From Candidatus Krumholzibacteriia bacterium (GTDB lineage Bacteria > Krumholzibacteriota > Krumholzibacteriia > WVZY01 > JAKEHA01): a stretch of 64,000 nt of DNA. Positions 1-9,833 of this stretch are shown here, piece by piece. The position numbers and the translations under genes are program-made. Each line of letters starts with the position of its first letter. The stretch's first letter is position 1. The notes below the pieces were generated by a model. The model did not search any database and had not been told where the DNA came from. It worked only from the letters and a program-made list of their open reading frames with translations. The stretch covers positions 93,213 through 157,212 of the forward strand of contig JAOUHG010000001.1 of NCBI GenBank assembly GCA_029865265.1. The letters are read 5' to 3'.

Positions 1-468
1 AACACGCTGTACGACTACGGGCGGGGAAAGGCGACGGCGGCGCAACTCGACGCGGCCGTTGCGAAGACCATTGGACGTGCCGGGCTTGAGGACTTCGCGA
101 CGTTGACGTCGGAGAACATCATTGCCGACTCGCTGTACGCGCAGCAACCCTTCGGCGATCCCGCCTGGTTCCTCCATCTCGACCCGGACCGCGACGCGCT
201 GGAACCGTATCGACTCCTGCGCTGCCCGGTGCTGGTGGTGTACGGCCGCCTGGACTACACGGTGCCCGTGGAGGAGAGTGTCGTCGCCCTGGGCAGCGTG
301 TTTGCCCAACGGGGCCCCGCCGATTTTCATATGGCCGTGCTGGAACGGACCGGACATGGGATGCTGGTGATGGATCCCGAAGCACCGCAGAACCCCGCCC
401 TTCCGCTCTCGCTGGCGCTCGAGTACTTTGCCCTGCTGGAAGACTGGCTCTCCGCCCGCGGCTTCTGA
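1..468 (+). CDS. alpha/beta hydrolase family protein, C-terminal fragment (5' end lies outside the window)
   Basis: Frame 1 is open from nt 1 to the stop at 468; the C-terminal GHG-containing region (ERTGHGMLVMDPE) resembles the serine hydrolase fold around the catalytic His. Confidence 0.45.
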   Translation, partial: NTLYDYGRGKATAAQLDAAVAKTIGRAGLEDFATLTSENIIADSLYAQQPFGDPAWFLHLDPDRDALEPYRLLRCPVLVVYGRLDYTVPVEESVVALGSVFAQRGPADFHMAVLERTGHGMLVMDPEAPQNPALPLSLALEYFALLEDWLSARGF

Positions 469-474
469 TCCCTC

Positions 475-3210
475 TCACCGTTGCGCGGGCGCGGCATCCG
501 CGCGCCGAACGGGCGGCTTCCACGTATCCATCTTGCGCGTCCCCAGAACGGCGTCGGGCGATATCGAATAGTCGAGCTGAAAGTCGCGGTGTTTCATGAG
601 CTCGATCATGCGCGGATTGTCCGGTGTCGTTTCCGCGAACACCTTGCGGATGCCCTGCTCCTTCGCTATCTCCAGGCAGTAATCGGTGAGGAGCGAGCCC
701 AGGCCGGCTTCCTGGAAGGCGTCCGCCACCAGCACGGCGTACTCGGCGTCGGTGCGGTCCGCGTCGGCCACCAGGCGTCCCACACCGATCAGCCGCCGCC
801 GGTCGTTCTCCTCGAGTTCCGCCACGATGGCAATCTCGCGGTCGTAGTCGATGAAGCAGAAGCGCGTGGCCATTTCGTGCGTGGTCTGCTTGAAGAGATA
901 GCGGAAGCGAAACCAGATCGACTGCTGTGAGCAGCTCGCCAGCAACTCGTGCCACATGGGTTCGTCCTCCGGTTTGATGGGCCGGAGCAGAACACGGCGG
1001 CCGTCCTTGAGTTTTGCGATGCGCGTGTACTCCTCGGGGTAGGGCCGGATGGCCAGGTGCGAGTACGGTCGCACCGGGTGCAACAGCGACTCGTGATCCA
1101 GGATGATGCGTGCGTCGAGCGCGATGGCGTCCTGCGGTGTCACCAGCAGCGGGTTCACGTCCAGCTCCGCGATCTCCGGATAATCGGCCACCAGGTAGGA
1201 AAGCCGCATGAGAACTTCGATGAGGCGGTCGATGTTGACGGCGGGGCGTCCCCGGTAACCCTGCAACAGCGGCCACGAACGCAGCGACTCCAGCATGCGC
1301 CGCGCCAGCCGCTCGGAGAGCGGGGGCAGTTCCAGAGCGCGGTCCTTGAACACCTCAGCCGCCGTTCCACCCGTTCCCACCATCAGCACCGTTCCGAACA
1401 CCGGATCACGTTTGGCGCCCACGATGAGCTCGTAACCGGTGGGATGCGTGATCATGGGTTGGATGGTCACGCCCTCCACGTGCGCGTCGGGCCGCCTCTC
1501 GCGCGCGGTCGTCACGATCTCATGGTAGGCCGCATGCACCGCATCGTCGGTGGCGAGGCTCAACGCCACCCCGTTCACTTCGGTCTTGTGGGTAATGTCG
1601 GAGGACATCACCTTCATCGCCACCGGGTAGCCGATGCGCCGCGCAAACTGCACGGCATCTTCCACCGAGCGCGCCGCGAAGGGCTTGGCCACCGGTATCT
1701 CGTATGCCTCCAACAGCGCCTTGGAGGTGCTCTCGGTGAGGGTGTCGTGCCCCTCGCTGAGGATGGTGTTGAACACCGCGCGCAACTTGCCGCGGTCGAG
1801 TTTGAACTCCATGGGAATGTCACGCGGTGTTTCGTAGAGCACCTCGCGCGTGCGCGCGTATTCCACCATGTACATGAACGCGCGCACCGCCTGTTCCGGC
1901 GTCGAGTACGCGGGGATGCCCGCCTCGGTGAGCAGATCCACGCCCTGTGTCATGCTCACCCCGCCCATCCACGAGGCGAGCACCGGCTTGGGCGACGCCT
2001 TGGCCACCTTGATGACGGCACGGGCGCTGTCGGTGGGCTTGCTCACCGCCTGCGGCGCAAATACCACCAGTGCCGCGTCGACGCCCCCGTCGTCGAGAAC
2101 GCCGGTCAACGCCGTGGCAAGTCGTGCCGGGGAGGCATCCCCGATGACGTCGACGGGATTGCGGTGCGACCACGTCGGGGGCAGCGCCCCGTTGAGCGCG
2201 TCGATGGTCTTCTCGTCGAGTCTCGCGAGGACACCCTTTCGCTCCAACAGGGCGTCGGTTGCCATCACGCCGGGGCCGCCGGCGTTGGTGACGATGGCCA
2301 GGCGCGGACCACGTGGAAACTTCTCCCGCGCCAGCAACTCTGCGCAGTAGAACATGTCCGCCATCTCCAGGATGCGGACGACGCCGGCCCGCCGAAACGC
2401 GGCCTGGTAGACCGCGTCCACGCCGGCCATGGCGCCGGTATGTGATGCGGCCGCCTCCGCCGACTCGGCAAAGCGTCCCGCCTTGTAGGCGATGATGGGC
2501 TTCCGGCGCGCGAACGCGCGCGCCGCCGACATGAACTCGCGCGCTTCGGTAATGGACTCGACGTACAGAATGATGGACTTGGTGTGGGGGTCGTTGGCGA
2601 AGTAGTCGATCAGGTCACCCATGCCCACGTCGAGCATGTTGCCCACGGAGACAAAGTTGGAGAAACCAATCTTCTCCTTGGTCGCCCAGTCGAGCACCGC
2701 CGTGCACAGCGCGCCGGACTGCGAGAGGAACGCGATGTGACCCTTGGCGGGCGTCGCGTTGGCGAACGACGCGTTGAGCGAAGCGTGCGGCGCCATCAGG
2801 CCGAGACAGTTGGGTCCCAGGATGCGCAGGCCGTCGAACTTCTGCGCCTCCTGCCGGATCGCCTGCTCGAGTGCCTCTCCGTCGCTGCCGATCTCGCGAA
2901 AACCGGCAGACAGAATTACGAGCCCGAATATGCCGCGCTCGCCACACTGCCGTACCACGGCCGGCATGGTCTTCGCCGGTGTGCAGATGACGGCCAGGTC
3001 GGGCGCTTCGGGCAGATCGGCGATGCTCGCGAAGCACCGGGCGTTGCCGATGCGCTTGTACTTGGGATTGACCGGGTAGATTGGTCCGGTAAAGCCGCCC
3101 TCTTTGAGGTTGTGCAAGACCGTATACCCGAGACTGTTGGGCGTGCGGCTGGCACCGATGACGGTGATGCTCTTGGGACGGAAGATGTTACCGAGGTTGC
3201 GAACGGACAT
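475..3210 (-). CDS. Pat-like bifunctional protein: NDP-forming acyl-CoA synthetase (CoA-binding and ATP-grasp) domains fused to a C-terminal GNAT N-acetyltransferase (protein lysine acetyltransferase type)
   Basis: 911-aa ORF. N-terminus has a CoA-binding Rossmann region (ITVIGASRTPNSLGY...) and the succinyl-CoA synthetase-like alpha/beta architecture. The last ~180 aa form a GNAT fold (RLIGVGRLVADAD...VADAFQEAGLGSLL). The architecture matches Salmonella Pat. Confidence 0.75.
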   Translation of the reverse strand: MSVRNLGNIFRPKSITVIGASRTPNSLGYTVLHNLKEGGFTGPIYPVNPKYKRIGNARCFASIADLPEAPDLAVICTPAKTMPAVVRQCGERGIFGLVILSAGFREIGSDGEALEQAIRQEAQKFDGLRILGPNCLGLMAPHASLNASFANATPAKGHIAFLSQSGALCTAVLDWATKEKIGFSNFVSVGNMLDVGMGDLIDYFANDPHTKSIILYVESITEAREFMSAARAFARRKPIIAYKAGRFAESAEAAASHTGAMAGVDAVYQAAFRRAGVVRILEMADMFYCAELLAREKFPRGPRLAIVTNAGGPGVMATDALLERKGVLARLDEKTIDALNGALPPTWSHRNPVDVIGDASPARLATALTGVLDDGGVDAALVVFAPQAVSKPTDSARAVIKVAKASPKPVLASWMGGVSMTQGVDLLTEAGIPAYSTPEQAVRAFMYMVEYARTREVLYETPRDIPMEFKLDRGKLRAVFNTILSEGHDTLTESTSKALLEAYEIPVAKPFAARSVEDAVQFARRIGYPVAMKVMSSDITHKTEVNGVALSLATDDAVHAAYHEIVTTARERRPDAHVEGVTIQPMITHPTGYELIVGAKRDPVFGTVLMVGTGGTAAEVFKDRALELPPLSERLARRMLESLRSWPLLQGYRGRPAVNIDRLIEVLMRLSYLVADYPEIAELDVNPLLVTPQDAIALDARIILDHESLLHPVRPYSHLAIRPYPEEYTRIAKLKDGRRVLLRPIKPEDEPMWHELLASCSQQSIWFRFRYLFKQTTHEMATRFCFIDYDREIAIVAELEENDRRRLIGVGRLVADADRTDAEYAVLVADAFQEAGLGSLLTDYCLEIAKEQGIRKVFAETTPDNPRMIELMKHRDFQLDYSISPDAVLGTRKMDTWKPPVRRADAAPAQR

Positions 3211-3425
3211 GGGTGGACTCCGGTATTCGTGCGGCGCTCACCAAAAATAGCACGTGCACGCGCGCAATAAAAGGATACACAAGGTATCGCTGTGATCCCG
3301 GCCATCGGCATGTTCTGGTGTGATTCGGTGGGGATGGTGGACACCGGGGTGTGTCGATGGCAACCGTGGAAGGATCCGGTTTTTCGATTATGTTAGTCAC
3401 GGGTGGCGAACGTGAGGTGATAGAG

Positions 3426-3908
3426 ATGAGAATCGATGAAATCATGTCGAAGCCGGTCGTAACCTGCCGGCCCGGGGACTCCCTGGACAAGGTTGTTGCG
3501 ATCATGATCGAGTATGACTGTGGCGCGCTGCCGGTGATTGGCGCCGACGGGCACATTGCCGGCATCGTCACGGACCGCGACGTCTGCCTGGCCGCGCACA
3601 ACGAGCGGCTCCCCCTGGACGGGATCCGGGCGCAACAGGCCATGACAACGAAGATCGTGGCGGCGCGGCCGCGCGATTCCGTGGAGTCGGTGGAGAAGCT
3701 GATGGCGGATAACAAGATCCGTCGCGTACCGGTGATCGACGACCGGGGCCGCCCCGTGGGGATGGTCTCGTTCAACGACATCGTTCGTGCCGCCGCCCGG
3801 GCCCACGAGGACGACGTCCGCGTGGTGGACACCCTGGCGGCCATCTGCGAGCCGCGGCGCGGTTCGGCCAGCGCCCTGCTTCCGACCAGCCCCCGCAAGG
3901 GTCACTGA
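3426..3908 (+). CDS. CBS-domain pair protein
   Basis: Two CBS motifs (VVTCRPGDSLDKVVAIM...GALPVIG; KIVAARPRDSVESVEKLM...VPVID). The start is placed at the ATG preceded by GAGGTGA; the ORF-track start at 3351 is probably too far upstream. Confidence 0.7.
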   Translation: MRIDEIMSKPVVTCRPGDSLDKVVAIMIEYDCGALPVIGADGHIAGIVTDRDVCLAAHNERLPLDGIRAQQAMTTKIVAARPRDSVESVEKLMADNKIRRVPVIDDRGRPVGMVSFNDIVRAAARAHEDDVRVVDTLAAICEPRRGSASALLPTSPRKGH

Positions 3909-3969
3909 CGCGCACCGCGACGGCGGTCCGCCCGGTGGTTGCGGGGGGGGGTGGGTCGTGGAGCCCTGG

Positions 3970-5064
3970 CTACGCGAGGCTCTTCAGCAGTTCCTCGTTG
4001 GTGGGGTACTTCTCAAGTAGCTTGAGCATGCCCTCGATGGCCTGCGCGGGCGGCATGTCGATGGTGGTGCGCCTCAGCTTGTTGACCGCGTTGAGTTCCT
4101 CCGGGGAGAAGAGGAGGTCGTCGCGGCGCGTCCCGGTGGTGCGCAGGTTGATGGCGGGGAACACGCGGCTGTCGGCCAGTTGCCGGTCGAGAACGATCTC
4201 GCTGTTGCCCGTGCCCTTGAACTCCTCGAAGATCAGGTCGTCCATGCGCGAGCCGGTTTCGATGAGCGCGGTGGCCAGCACCGTCACCGAACCGCCGTCC
4301 TCCACGTTGCGCGCCATACCGAAGAACTTGCGTGGAATCTCCAGGGCCCGCGAATCCAGCCCGCCCGACATGGTGCGCCCCGACCCGGAGCCGTGCACGT
4401 TGAAGGCACGGCCCATGCGCGTGATGCTGTCCACCAGCACCACCACATGGTGACCGCATTCGATCTCGCAGCGTACCTGTGCCATGCACATGTTGACCAG
4501 CCGCACGTGTTCCTGGGTGGACTGGTCGCTGCTGCTCGCCAGGACCTCCGCCGGAACCTGGCGTCGGAAGTGCGTCACTTCTTCCGGCCGTTCGTCCACC
4601 AGCAGCACCACGATGCGAGCCTCGGGCGCGTCGTCGTGGATGGCGATGGTGAGCTCTTCCAGCAGGCGCGTCTTGCCGGTCTTGGGTGGCGCCACCACGA
4701 GTCCGCGTGTGCCGCGCCCCATGGGGGCGAACAGCTCCACGATGCGCATGGACGGGTTGCCCCCCTTGCCGATGTGAAAACGTCCGGCGGGATTGACCGC
4801 GAGCAGCTTCGCGAACGGCCTGCGCGCACGGAACTCCTCGGGCGTCTGGCCGCAGATGGTCTCGATGCCGGTGAGGCTTGGCCCCTTTCCGCCCGGCTGG
4901 ACGGTTCCGGTTATGGCGGCGCCGGTGACGAGGCCGAAGCGCGAAATCAGCTGCGGGGAAACAAAGGGATCGGTGCGGTCCGGTTGGAGCGAACGATCGG
5001 GATTGCGGAGGAATCCGCCCCGGCGTTCCATGATTTCGATCACACCACTGGCGGTGTTGGACAT
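3970..5064 (-). CDS. rho: transcription termination factor Rho, lacking the N-terminal helix-bundle subdomain
   Basis: Walker A (GKTRLL), RecA-like ATPase core, Q- and R-loops, and a CSD-like RNA-binding region (FGLVTGAAITG). 364 aa compared with ~419 in E. coli Rho. Confidence 0.85.
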   Translation of the reverse strand: MSNTASGVIEIMERRGGFLRNPDRSLQPDRTDPFVSPQLISRFGLVTGAAITGTVQPGGKGPSLTGIETICGQTPEEFRARRPFAKLLAVNPAGRFHIGKGGNPSMRIVELFAPMGRGTRGLVVAPPKTGKTRLLEELTIAIHDDAPEARIVVLLVDERPEEVTHFRRQVPAEVLASSSDQSTQEHVRLVNMCMAQVRCEIECGHHVVVLVDSITRMGRAFNVHGSGSGRTMSGGLDSRALEIPRKFFGMARNVEDGGSVTVLATALIETGSRMDDLIFEEFKGTGNSEIVLDRQLADSRVFPAINLRTTGTRRDDLLFSPEELNAVNKLRRTTIDMPPAQAIEGMLKLLEKYPTNEELLKSLA

Positions 5065-5310
5065 GCGTCTACTTTCTTCTGGATGTGAGATTTGTCTACG
5101 CGTGCACGGTCAAATACCCTGGGCACCGCCCGCACGCTGACACTGCGCTCCAGGTCGAGGATGAGTTGCCTCGAGGTCTTGACGTTACTGATTCACGAGG
5201 AGCGCTTTGGATGACCCGGGAGAGGGGTCGTCTCCAGGGCGATTCTAACACAGGCCACCCCCGAAAGCACGGGGCAGCTGTGCCACCCCCGGGCCCTCCG
5301 GTGGGGGGCC

Positions 5311-7341
5311 TCAGGCCTTGTCGTTGCGCTGCGCCGCCCACCACGTGTAGGCCACGAAGCCGGCGAACCCCACGGCCGAAACGGTCTGGGAGATCGGGTC
5401 GATGTCGAAGAACGGCGTCTTGATCCACGTCTCGGAGTACCCCGGAATCAACCGCATTGCCGCGCCCAGCACGCCGCCCAGCGCTCCGCCGGCCATCAGC
5501 CCGGAGGCGATGACGACACCGCGCTCGCGGATCGAGGCGCCACGGTGGCCCCCGACCTTGCCGGCGCGCCGGTTCAGGTAGTGCGCCAGAATGCCGCCCA
5601 CCAGGGCGGGGGAGTTGAGATACAGCGGCAGGTACATGCCCAGCGCAAAGATAAGCGCCGGCACGCCCAGCATCTCCATGATGACCGTCACCATGGCCCC
5701 GGCGAAGAACAGGATCACCGCCACCGGCTCGCGGCTCATGAAGCTGTGCACGAGTTCCTTCATGATCGCCGCCTGCGGCGATTCCAGAATGGGCCGCGCG
5801 TCGCCCGGCACCGCTTCTCCAAACACGAACACCTTGGCCAGCACCGCGATGGTGAGCGCCGCGGCAACCGCCGAGGCCAGAATGCCGATGAACTTGAAGC
5901 GTTCCTGCTGGTAGGGCGACGACCCCAGCCAGTACCCCGTCTTGAGGTCGGTGATGGCCTGGCCGGACACCGAAAGCGCGGTGCACACCATGCCCGCGAT
6001 CATCATGACGAAGAACATCCCCGTCGTCCCGGATAACCCGAACTGCAACAGCACCACCGAGGAGACGATGATGGTCAGCATGGTCATGCCCGATACCGGG
6101 TTGCGCGCCGTGGTGGCGATGCACAGCGCTGCCACCGAGGTAAAGAAGAACGAGAAGAACAAAGCGAGCAGGAGACCGATGATCACCACGACGGGAGACG
6201 TGCCGAGGGTGGCAAACAGAACCGCCACGCCGACCGCGCTGAGCACGACGCCGATGAGCTGCGCCATGATGGAGATATCCCGGTCGGTGCGCGCCAGCGC
6301 GGAGCCCTCGCCCCCGCGAAACGCCTTCAGTGCCACACCGATGGATCCCGCCACCACGCGCAGCGACTTGACGATGCCGAAGATGCCGGCGGTGGCGATG
6401 GCGCCGACACCGGCGAAGCGCGCGTAGGAACGGAATATCTGGGTCGCGTCCATTTCCGCGATGGGGACGGCGCCGGGGTGCACCAGCATCGCCGGGTTGT
6501 GTTGACCGATCATCCACACCAGCGGAACGATGACAAAATTGGACAGTACACCGCCCGCCACCAGGATCATGGACGAGCGCAGGCCCATTACGTAGCCGAG
6601 CCCGAGAATGAACGCCGTGGCATCGAAACTCACCGCCACCCGCGCACTGGTGGCGAGTTTCTCCACGACGGGGATGAATCGGAAGGTGAGGATCTCCTTC
6701 CACACGCTGAATGTCGTCACGAGGAAGTCGTACACGCCGGAGAGGAACGTGGCCTGCAGCAGGAGCTTCGCTTGCGAACCGCCCTTCTCACCGGTGACGA
6801 GCACCTCGGTGATGGCGGTGGCCTCCGGGTAGGGGTACTGGCCATGCATGTCGCGCACGAAGTAGCGGCGCAAGGGAATGAGAAACAGCATCCCCAGGCA
6901 GCCGCCCGCGAGGCAGATGAAAGTGGACTGCAACGGGTGTGGATCCAGGTTCAGGATGTACAGCGCGGGCAGGGTGAAAATGGCGCCCGCCACCACCGAA
7001 CCCGAGACACCGCCGATGCCGGTGATGATGACGTTCTCGAGAATGGTCGAGCGGCGCGGGAAGGCGCGCGCGATGCCGATGGCGAGAATGGAGATGGGAA
7101 TTGCCGCCTCCATCACCTGGCCCACCTTGAGGCCGGAATAGACCGACGCGACGGTGAAGACGATGCACAGGAGGGTGCCCCAGAGGACGCTGCGGAAGGT
7201 CACCTCGGGGATGACGGTCGTTGCGGGCACGACCGGCTTGTAGACCTCGCCCGGCGCGAGCGTGGTGTAGGCATTCTCCGGCAGCGATTTGGTTTCCACC
7301 GTTTGCACGGGTCCTCCTGGTTGGGGTGACCCTGGCCGCAC
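5311..7341 (-). CDS. OPT-family oligopeptide transporter
   Basis: 676-aa polytopic membrane protein with the typical OPT N-terminal region (VTFRSVLWGTLLCIVFTVASVYSGLKVGQ) and many TM helices. Confidence 0.8.
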   Translation of the reverse strand: MRPGSPQPGGPVQTVETKSLPENAYTTLAPGEVYKPVVPATTVIPEVTFRSVLWGTLLCIVFTVASVYSGLKVGQVMEAAIPISILAIGIARAFPRRSTILENVIITGIGGVSGSVVAGAIFTLPALYILNLDPHPLQSTFICLAGGCLGMLFLIPLRRYFVRDMHGQYPYPEATAITEVLVTGEKGGSQAKLLLQATFLSGVYDFLVTTFSVWKEILTFRFIPVVEKLATSARVAVSFDATAFILGLGYVMGLRSSMILVAGGVLSNFVIVPLVWMIGQHNPAMLVHPGAVPIAEMDATQIFRSYARFAGVGAIATAGIFGIVKSLRVVAGSIGVALKAFRGGEGSALARTDRDISIMAQLIGVVLSAVGVAVLFATLGTSPVVVIIGLLLALFFSFFFTSVAALCIATTARNPVSGMTMLTIIVSSVVLLQFGLSGTTGMFFVMMIAGMVCTALSVSGQAITDLKTGYWLGSSPYQQERFKFIGILASAVAAALTIAVLAKVFVFGEAVPGDARPILESPQAAIMKELVHSFMSREPVAVILFFAGAMVTVIMEMLGVPALIFALGMYLPLYLNSPALVGGILAHYLNRRAGKVGGHRGASIRERGVVIASGLMAGGALGGVLGAAMRLIPGYSETWIKTPFFDIDPISQTVSAVGFAGFVAYTWWAAQRNDKA

Positions 7342-7454
7342 CGGGCCAGGATCGCGGGATGATACATCGCCGGCGGGGGGGCGTACAGAGGGGACATGGC
7401 GTGCTGGGTGTTGCCACCGCGCTGCAACTGTTACCGGAATAACCCCGGCTTCCC

Positions 7455-8267
7455 ATGAAGGACCGCAAGATCGTCTCGGCTGCCCGCCGTCGCTGGCACG
7501 CGGGATGCATTGTCCGCCGGGCCGTTGCTGCCGCGCCCCGGGGACCGGGCCGCGGAGCCGGATGTGCCGTGGAGGCCCCCTTGGATCTCACGTTCAATCT
7601 ATTTCTGATCGTCTTAGTCGCCGGCCTGGTGCTGGCCATCGTCCGCACCATCCGCCGTTTCATGTCGGCCATGGTTCCGCCCCCGCGTGTGCACCTGGTT
7701 CCGGTGACGGCCAGTCGCCGGCACGCCGCGGACGTGAAGAAGTTCGCGCGTCCGCTGGAGGCGCACGGTTTCACCCGCATCGGTACCTATCGCGCGGATC
7801 CCATGAAGGGCGTGCTCCTGACGGCCTTCGGGCACACGCGCCACTCGCTGTGCGCGGTGGTCTACACGCACCCGCTCACGGCGAGCTTCATGGACATTGC
7901 TTCCATGAACGAGGCGGGGCACGGGTTCACCATCACCACCGCGCCGGCCGGACAGGAACTGGACCAGCGCGATGGTCACGAGAAGCTCTTCGTCACCGGC
8001 ATGCCGGTGGACAAGATGATCGAGACGGTTCTGCAGCGCCGCCCCCCCGAACCGCACGTGTCCTGGAACGCAACCAACTTCGTAACCAGGTTTGAGAAGG
8101 AATACGGCGACGAGATGGACTGGCGCGCGAGCCGGGGTGGTGTCACCGAAGATGAGGTGCGGCGCGCAGCGGACGCGACGGGACGTACGTTCTCGGATCG
8201 CGATGTTCGCAAGGCCACCCACCGCCTGCAGCGCCAGTACACGGCGTCGCGGCGCAACATGCGCTGA
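7455..8267 (+). CDS. hypothetical membrane-anchored protein
   Basis: ORF with one TM helix (FNLFLIVLVAGLVLAIV) and no recognisable family. The true start is probably downstream of 7455. Confidence 0.4.
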   Translation: MKDRKIVSAARRRWHAGCIVRRAVAAAPRGPGRGAGCAVEAPLDLTFNLFLIVLVAGLVLAIVRTIRRFMSAMVPPPRVHLVPVTASRRHAADVKKFARPLEAHGFTRIGTYRADPMKGVLLTAFGHTRHSLCAVVYTHPLTASFMDIASMNEAGHGFTITTAPAGQELDQRDGHEKLFVTGMPVDKMIETVLQRRPPEPHVSWNATNFVTRFEKEYGDEMDWRASRGGVTEDEVRRAADATGRTFSDRDVRKATHRLQRQYTASRRNMR

Positions 8268-8277
8268 CTTCTACCCC

Positions 8278-8308
8278 ACAGAAAAACAAGGGGGCGGGCT
8301 TGAGCCCC
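8278..8308. terminator. bidirectional GC-rich hairpin terminator between convergent genes
   Basis: GGGGGCGGGC-ttga-GCCCCGCCCCC palindrome lying between the stop at 8267 (+) and the stop at 8340 (-). Confidence 0.5.
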
Positions 8309-8339
8309 GCCCCCAGGTTGAAGCGAACAACACCGATGG

Positions 8340-8657
8340 CTACTTGTTAGTCGCCTTGTGGATCGTCGACGTCGCTACCTCCATGGTCTCGACGCGCGGT
8401 TTGCCATCGATCACGCTTGCCAGAAGTTTGGTTACTTCCGGGAAGCCGGCGCGATCGTACGCCTCGGCGCTCTCGGCCTTGTCCCACAGGCTGATCGCCT
8501 GGACATGCTTCTTATCCGGCGTTACCAGGGTGATCACGTCCTGGAAACCCTTCTGCCTGCGCAGAATGGGGACAATGTCGGCCTCCTGACGACGATTGAA
8601 GTCATTCAGGCTGTTCGGCTTCAAGTCGAATGAAACCTTCCGTCCGTACATTTCCAA
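8340..8657 (-). CDS. small hypothetical protein (possibly an alpha+beta barrel fold)
   Basis: 105-aa ORF followed by the convergent terminator; no confident family assignment. Confidence 0.4.
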   Translation of the reverse strand: MEMYGRKVSFDLKPNSLNDFNRRQEADIVPILRRQKGFQDVITLVTPDKKHVQAISLWDKAESAEAYDRAGFPEVTKLLASVIDGKPRVETMEVATSTIHKATNK

Positions 8658-8826
8658 TGTCTCCTTGTAAGGATACTGATTGATTGGGAGCCAGAGCCGC
8701 CCCCAGTGTCATTGCTCTGCAGCTTATCTCACCTCTACCCATAGTCATTGGCATCGCGCGGCGCCATGATGCATTGGCATCAAATGTCCCGGACCGGATC
8801 AAGTGCAGTGCAGCAGCAGGGTTGGA

Positions 8827-9594
8827 TCAGAAGGATACGTTGAGGGCGAGTCCGGCGTCCCCGAGCACCGCCGCGGGCTCGAGCGAAAGTCGATCGGACG
8901 GGTGCCGGTGCAACTCGGGTACCAGGTAACCGATCGCGGCGCCGACCACGTAGCCGGTGATCACGTCGGTGCGGAAATGCCGGCCGGAGTCAACGCGGAT
9001 ATAGCCCACCACGGCGGGGATGGCGGCGGCGCCGGTCCAGATGGCAATCCTGGCGCGTTTGCTGGAGATATAATCGGAGAAGACCCGCGCCGCGAAGAAG
9101 CAGTTCAGCGCCGCCCCGGTGGTGTGCCCGGAGTAGAACGAAAGGCGTGCGCTGCTGTCGGTTCGCTTGTCCAGTGGCGCGTTCGGGTCATACGCGTAGG
9201 GACGCGGGCGCTTCACGGTGGCCTTCACCACCCCGTCGATGCCCAGGTTGATCATGTTCGCTTCCACCCACATGAGTCCCAGCGTCCGCCAGTCCCGGCG
9301 CATGTCGTCGTTGGCGAGAAAGGTGAGGGGCAGCAAGTACGTGGTCGCCACCAGAACATCGCCCACGCTGCCGTCGTGATACGGGTGCATGCCGTTGCGG
9401 TCGAAGGAATTGATGTCGTTTACATCCAGGCGGTCCAGCTCGTCGACCGTGAACGGTTCAACCTGGCCCACCAGGATGACGCTCACCGCGTCGAGCAACG
9501 CACCGGTGCCAAGGAGCGTCCATTCCAACTTCGGATTGAGACTGTAGGGTGAGTCGGCGTGACACGGCGCGGCGGCGAGCAGGGCGGTCAGCAC
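8827..9594 (-). CDS. PAP2-family (type 2 phosphatidic acid phosphatase) membrane phosphatase
   Basis: Three PAP2 motifs are present: KxxxxRPRP (KATVKRPRP), SGH (SFYSGHTT) and RxxxxxHxxxD (RVDSGRHFRTDV). Confidence 0.7.
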   Translation of the reverse strand: MLTALLAAAPCHADSPYSLNPKLEWTLLGTGALLDAVSVILVGQVEPFTVDELDRLDVNDINSFDRNGMHPYHDGSVGDVLVATTYLLPLTFLANDDMRRDWRTLGLMWVEANMINLGIDGVVKATVKRPRPYAYDPNAPLDKRTDSSARLSFYSGHTTGAALNCFFAARVFSDYISSKRARIAIWTGAAAIPAVVGYIRVDSGRHFRTDVITGYVVGAAIGYLVPELHRHPSDRLSLEPAAVLGDAGLALNVSF

Positions 9595-9833
9595 AATGAT
9601 GGGGATGGCGCGCAGATGTCCTCCTTCGGGTGTCCCCGGAACCGGGAGGAAAACCCGCCGGGGGCCCTCCGGTCAACCCGCATGTCGCGCGCGACCGACC
9701 AAATCGACAATGACATGCGATTTGGAATCGCTCGGCGGCACGCGCCGCGTGATTGCGAAAGAAGTGAAGTTTTTCACACAGTCCGCTTCCATGCGTGACC
9801 GCCAGGGCATATACTGTGTGCGGGTGGCTGCAC

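Noticed and set aside
119-3270. Long ORFs overlapping the Pat gene on other frames and strands (for example 119..1276 -, 949..2445 +, 2584..3270 +).
   Set aside because: They are Arg/Pro/Gly-rich low-complexity translations typical of spurious frames in ~70% GC DNA. They lie antisense to, or out of frame with, a gene that has clear domain signatures.
5096-6703. 535-aa ORF inside the OPT transporter gene on another frame; the same pattern recurs at 28014..29684, 33294..35759, 47836-48300, 49837..51006, 50333..52228 and 52192..55029.
   Set aside because: These are shadow ORFs. They have no start-site signals and give compositionally biased RGH-rich translations. Each is fully covered by a well-supported gene on another frame or strand.
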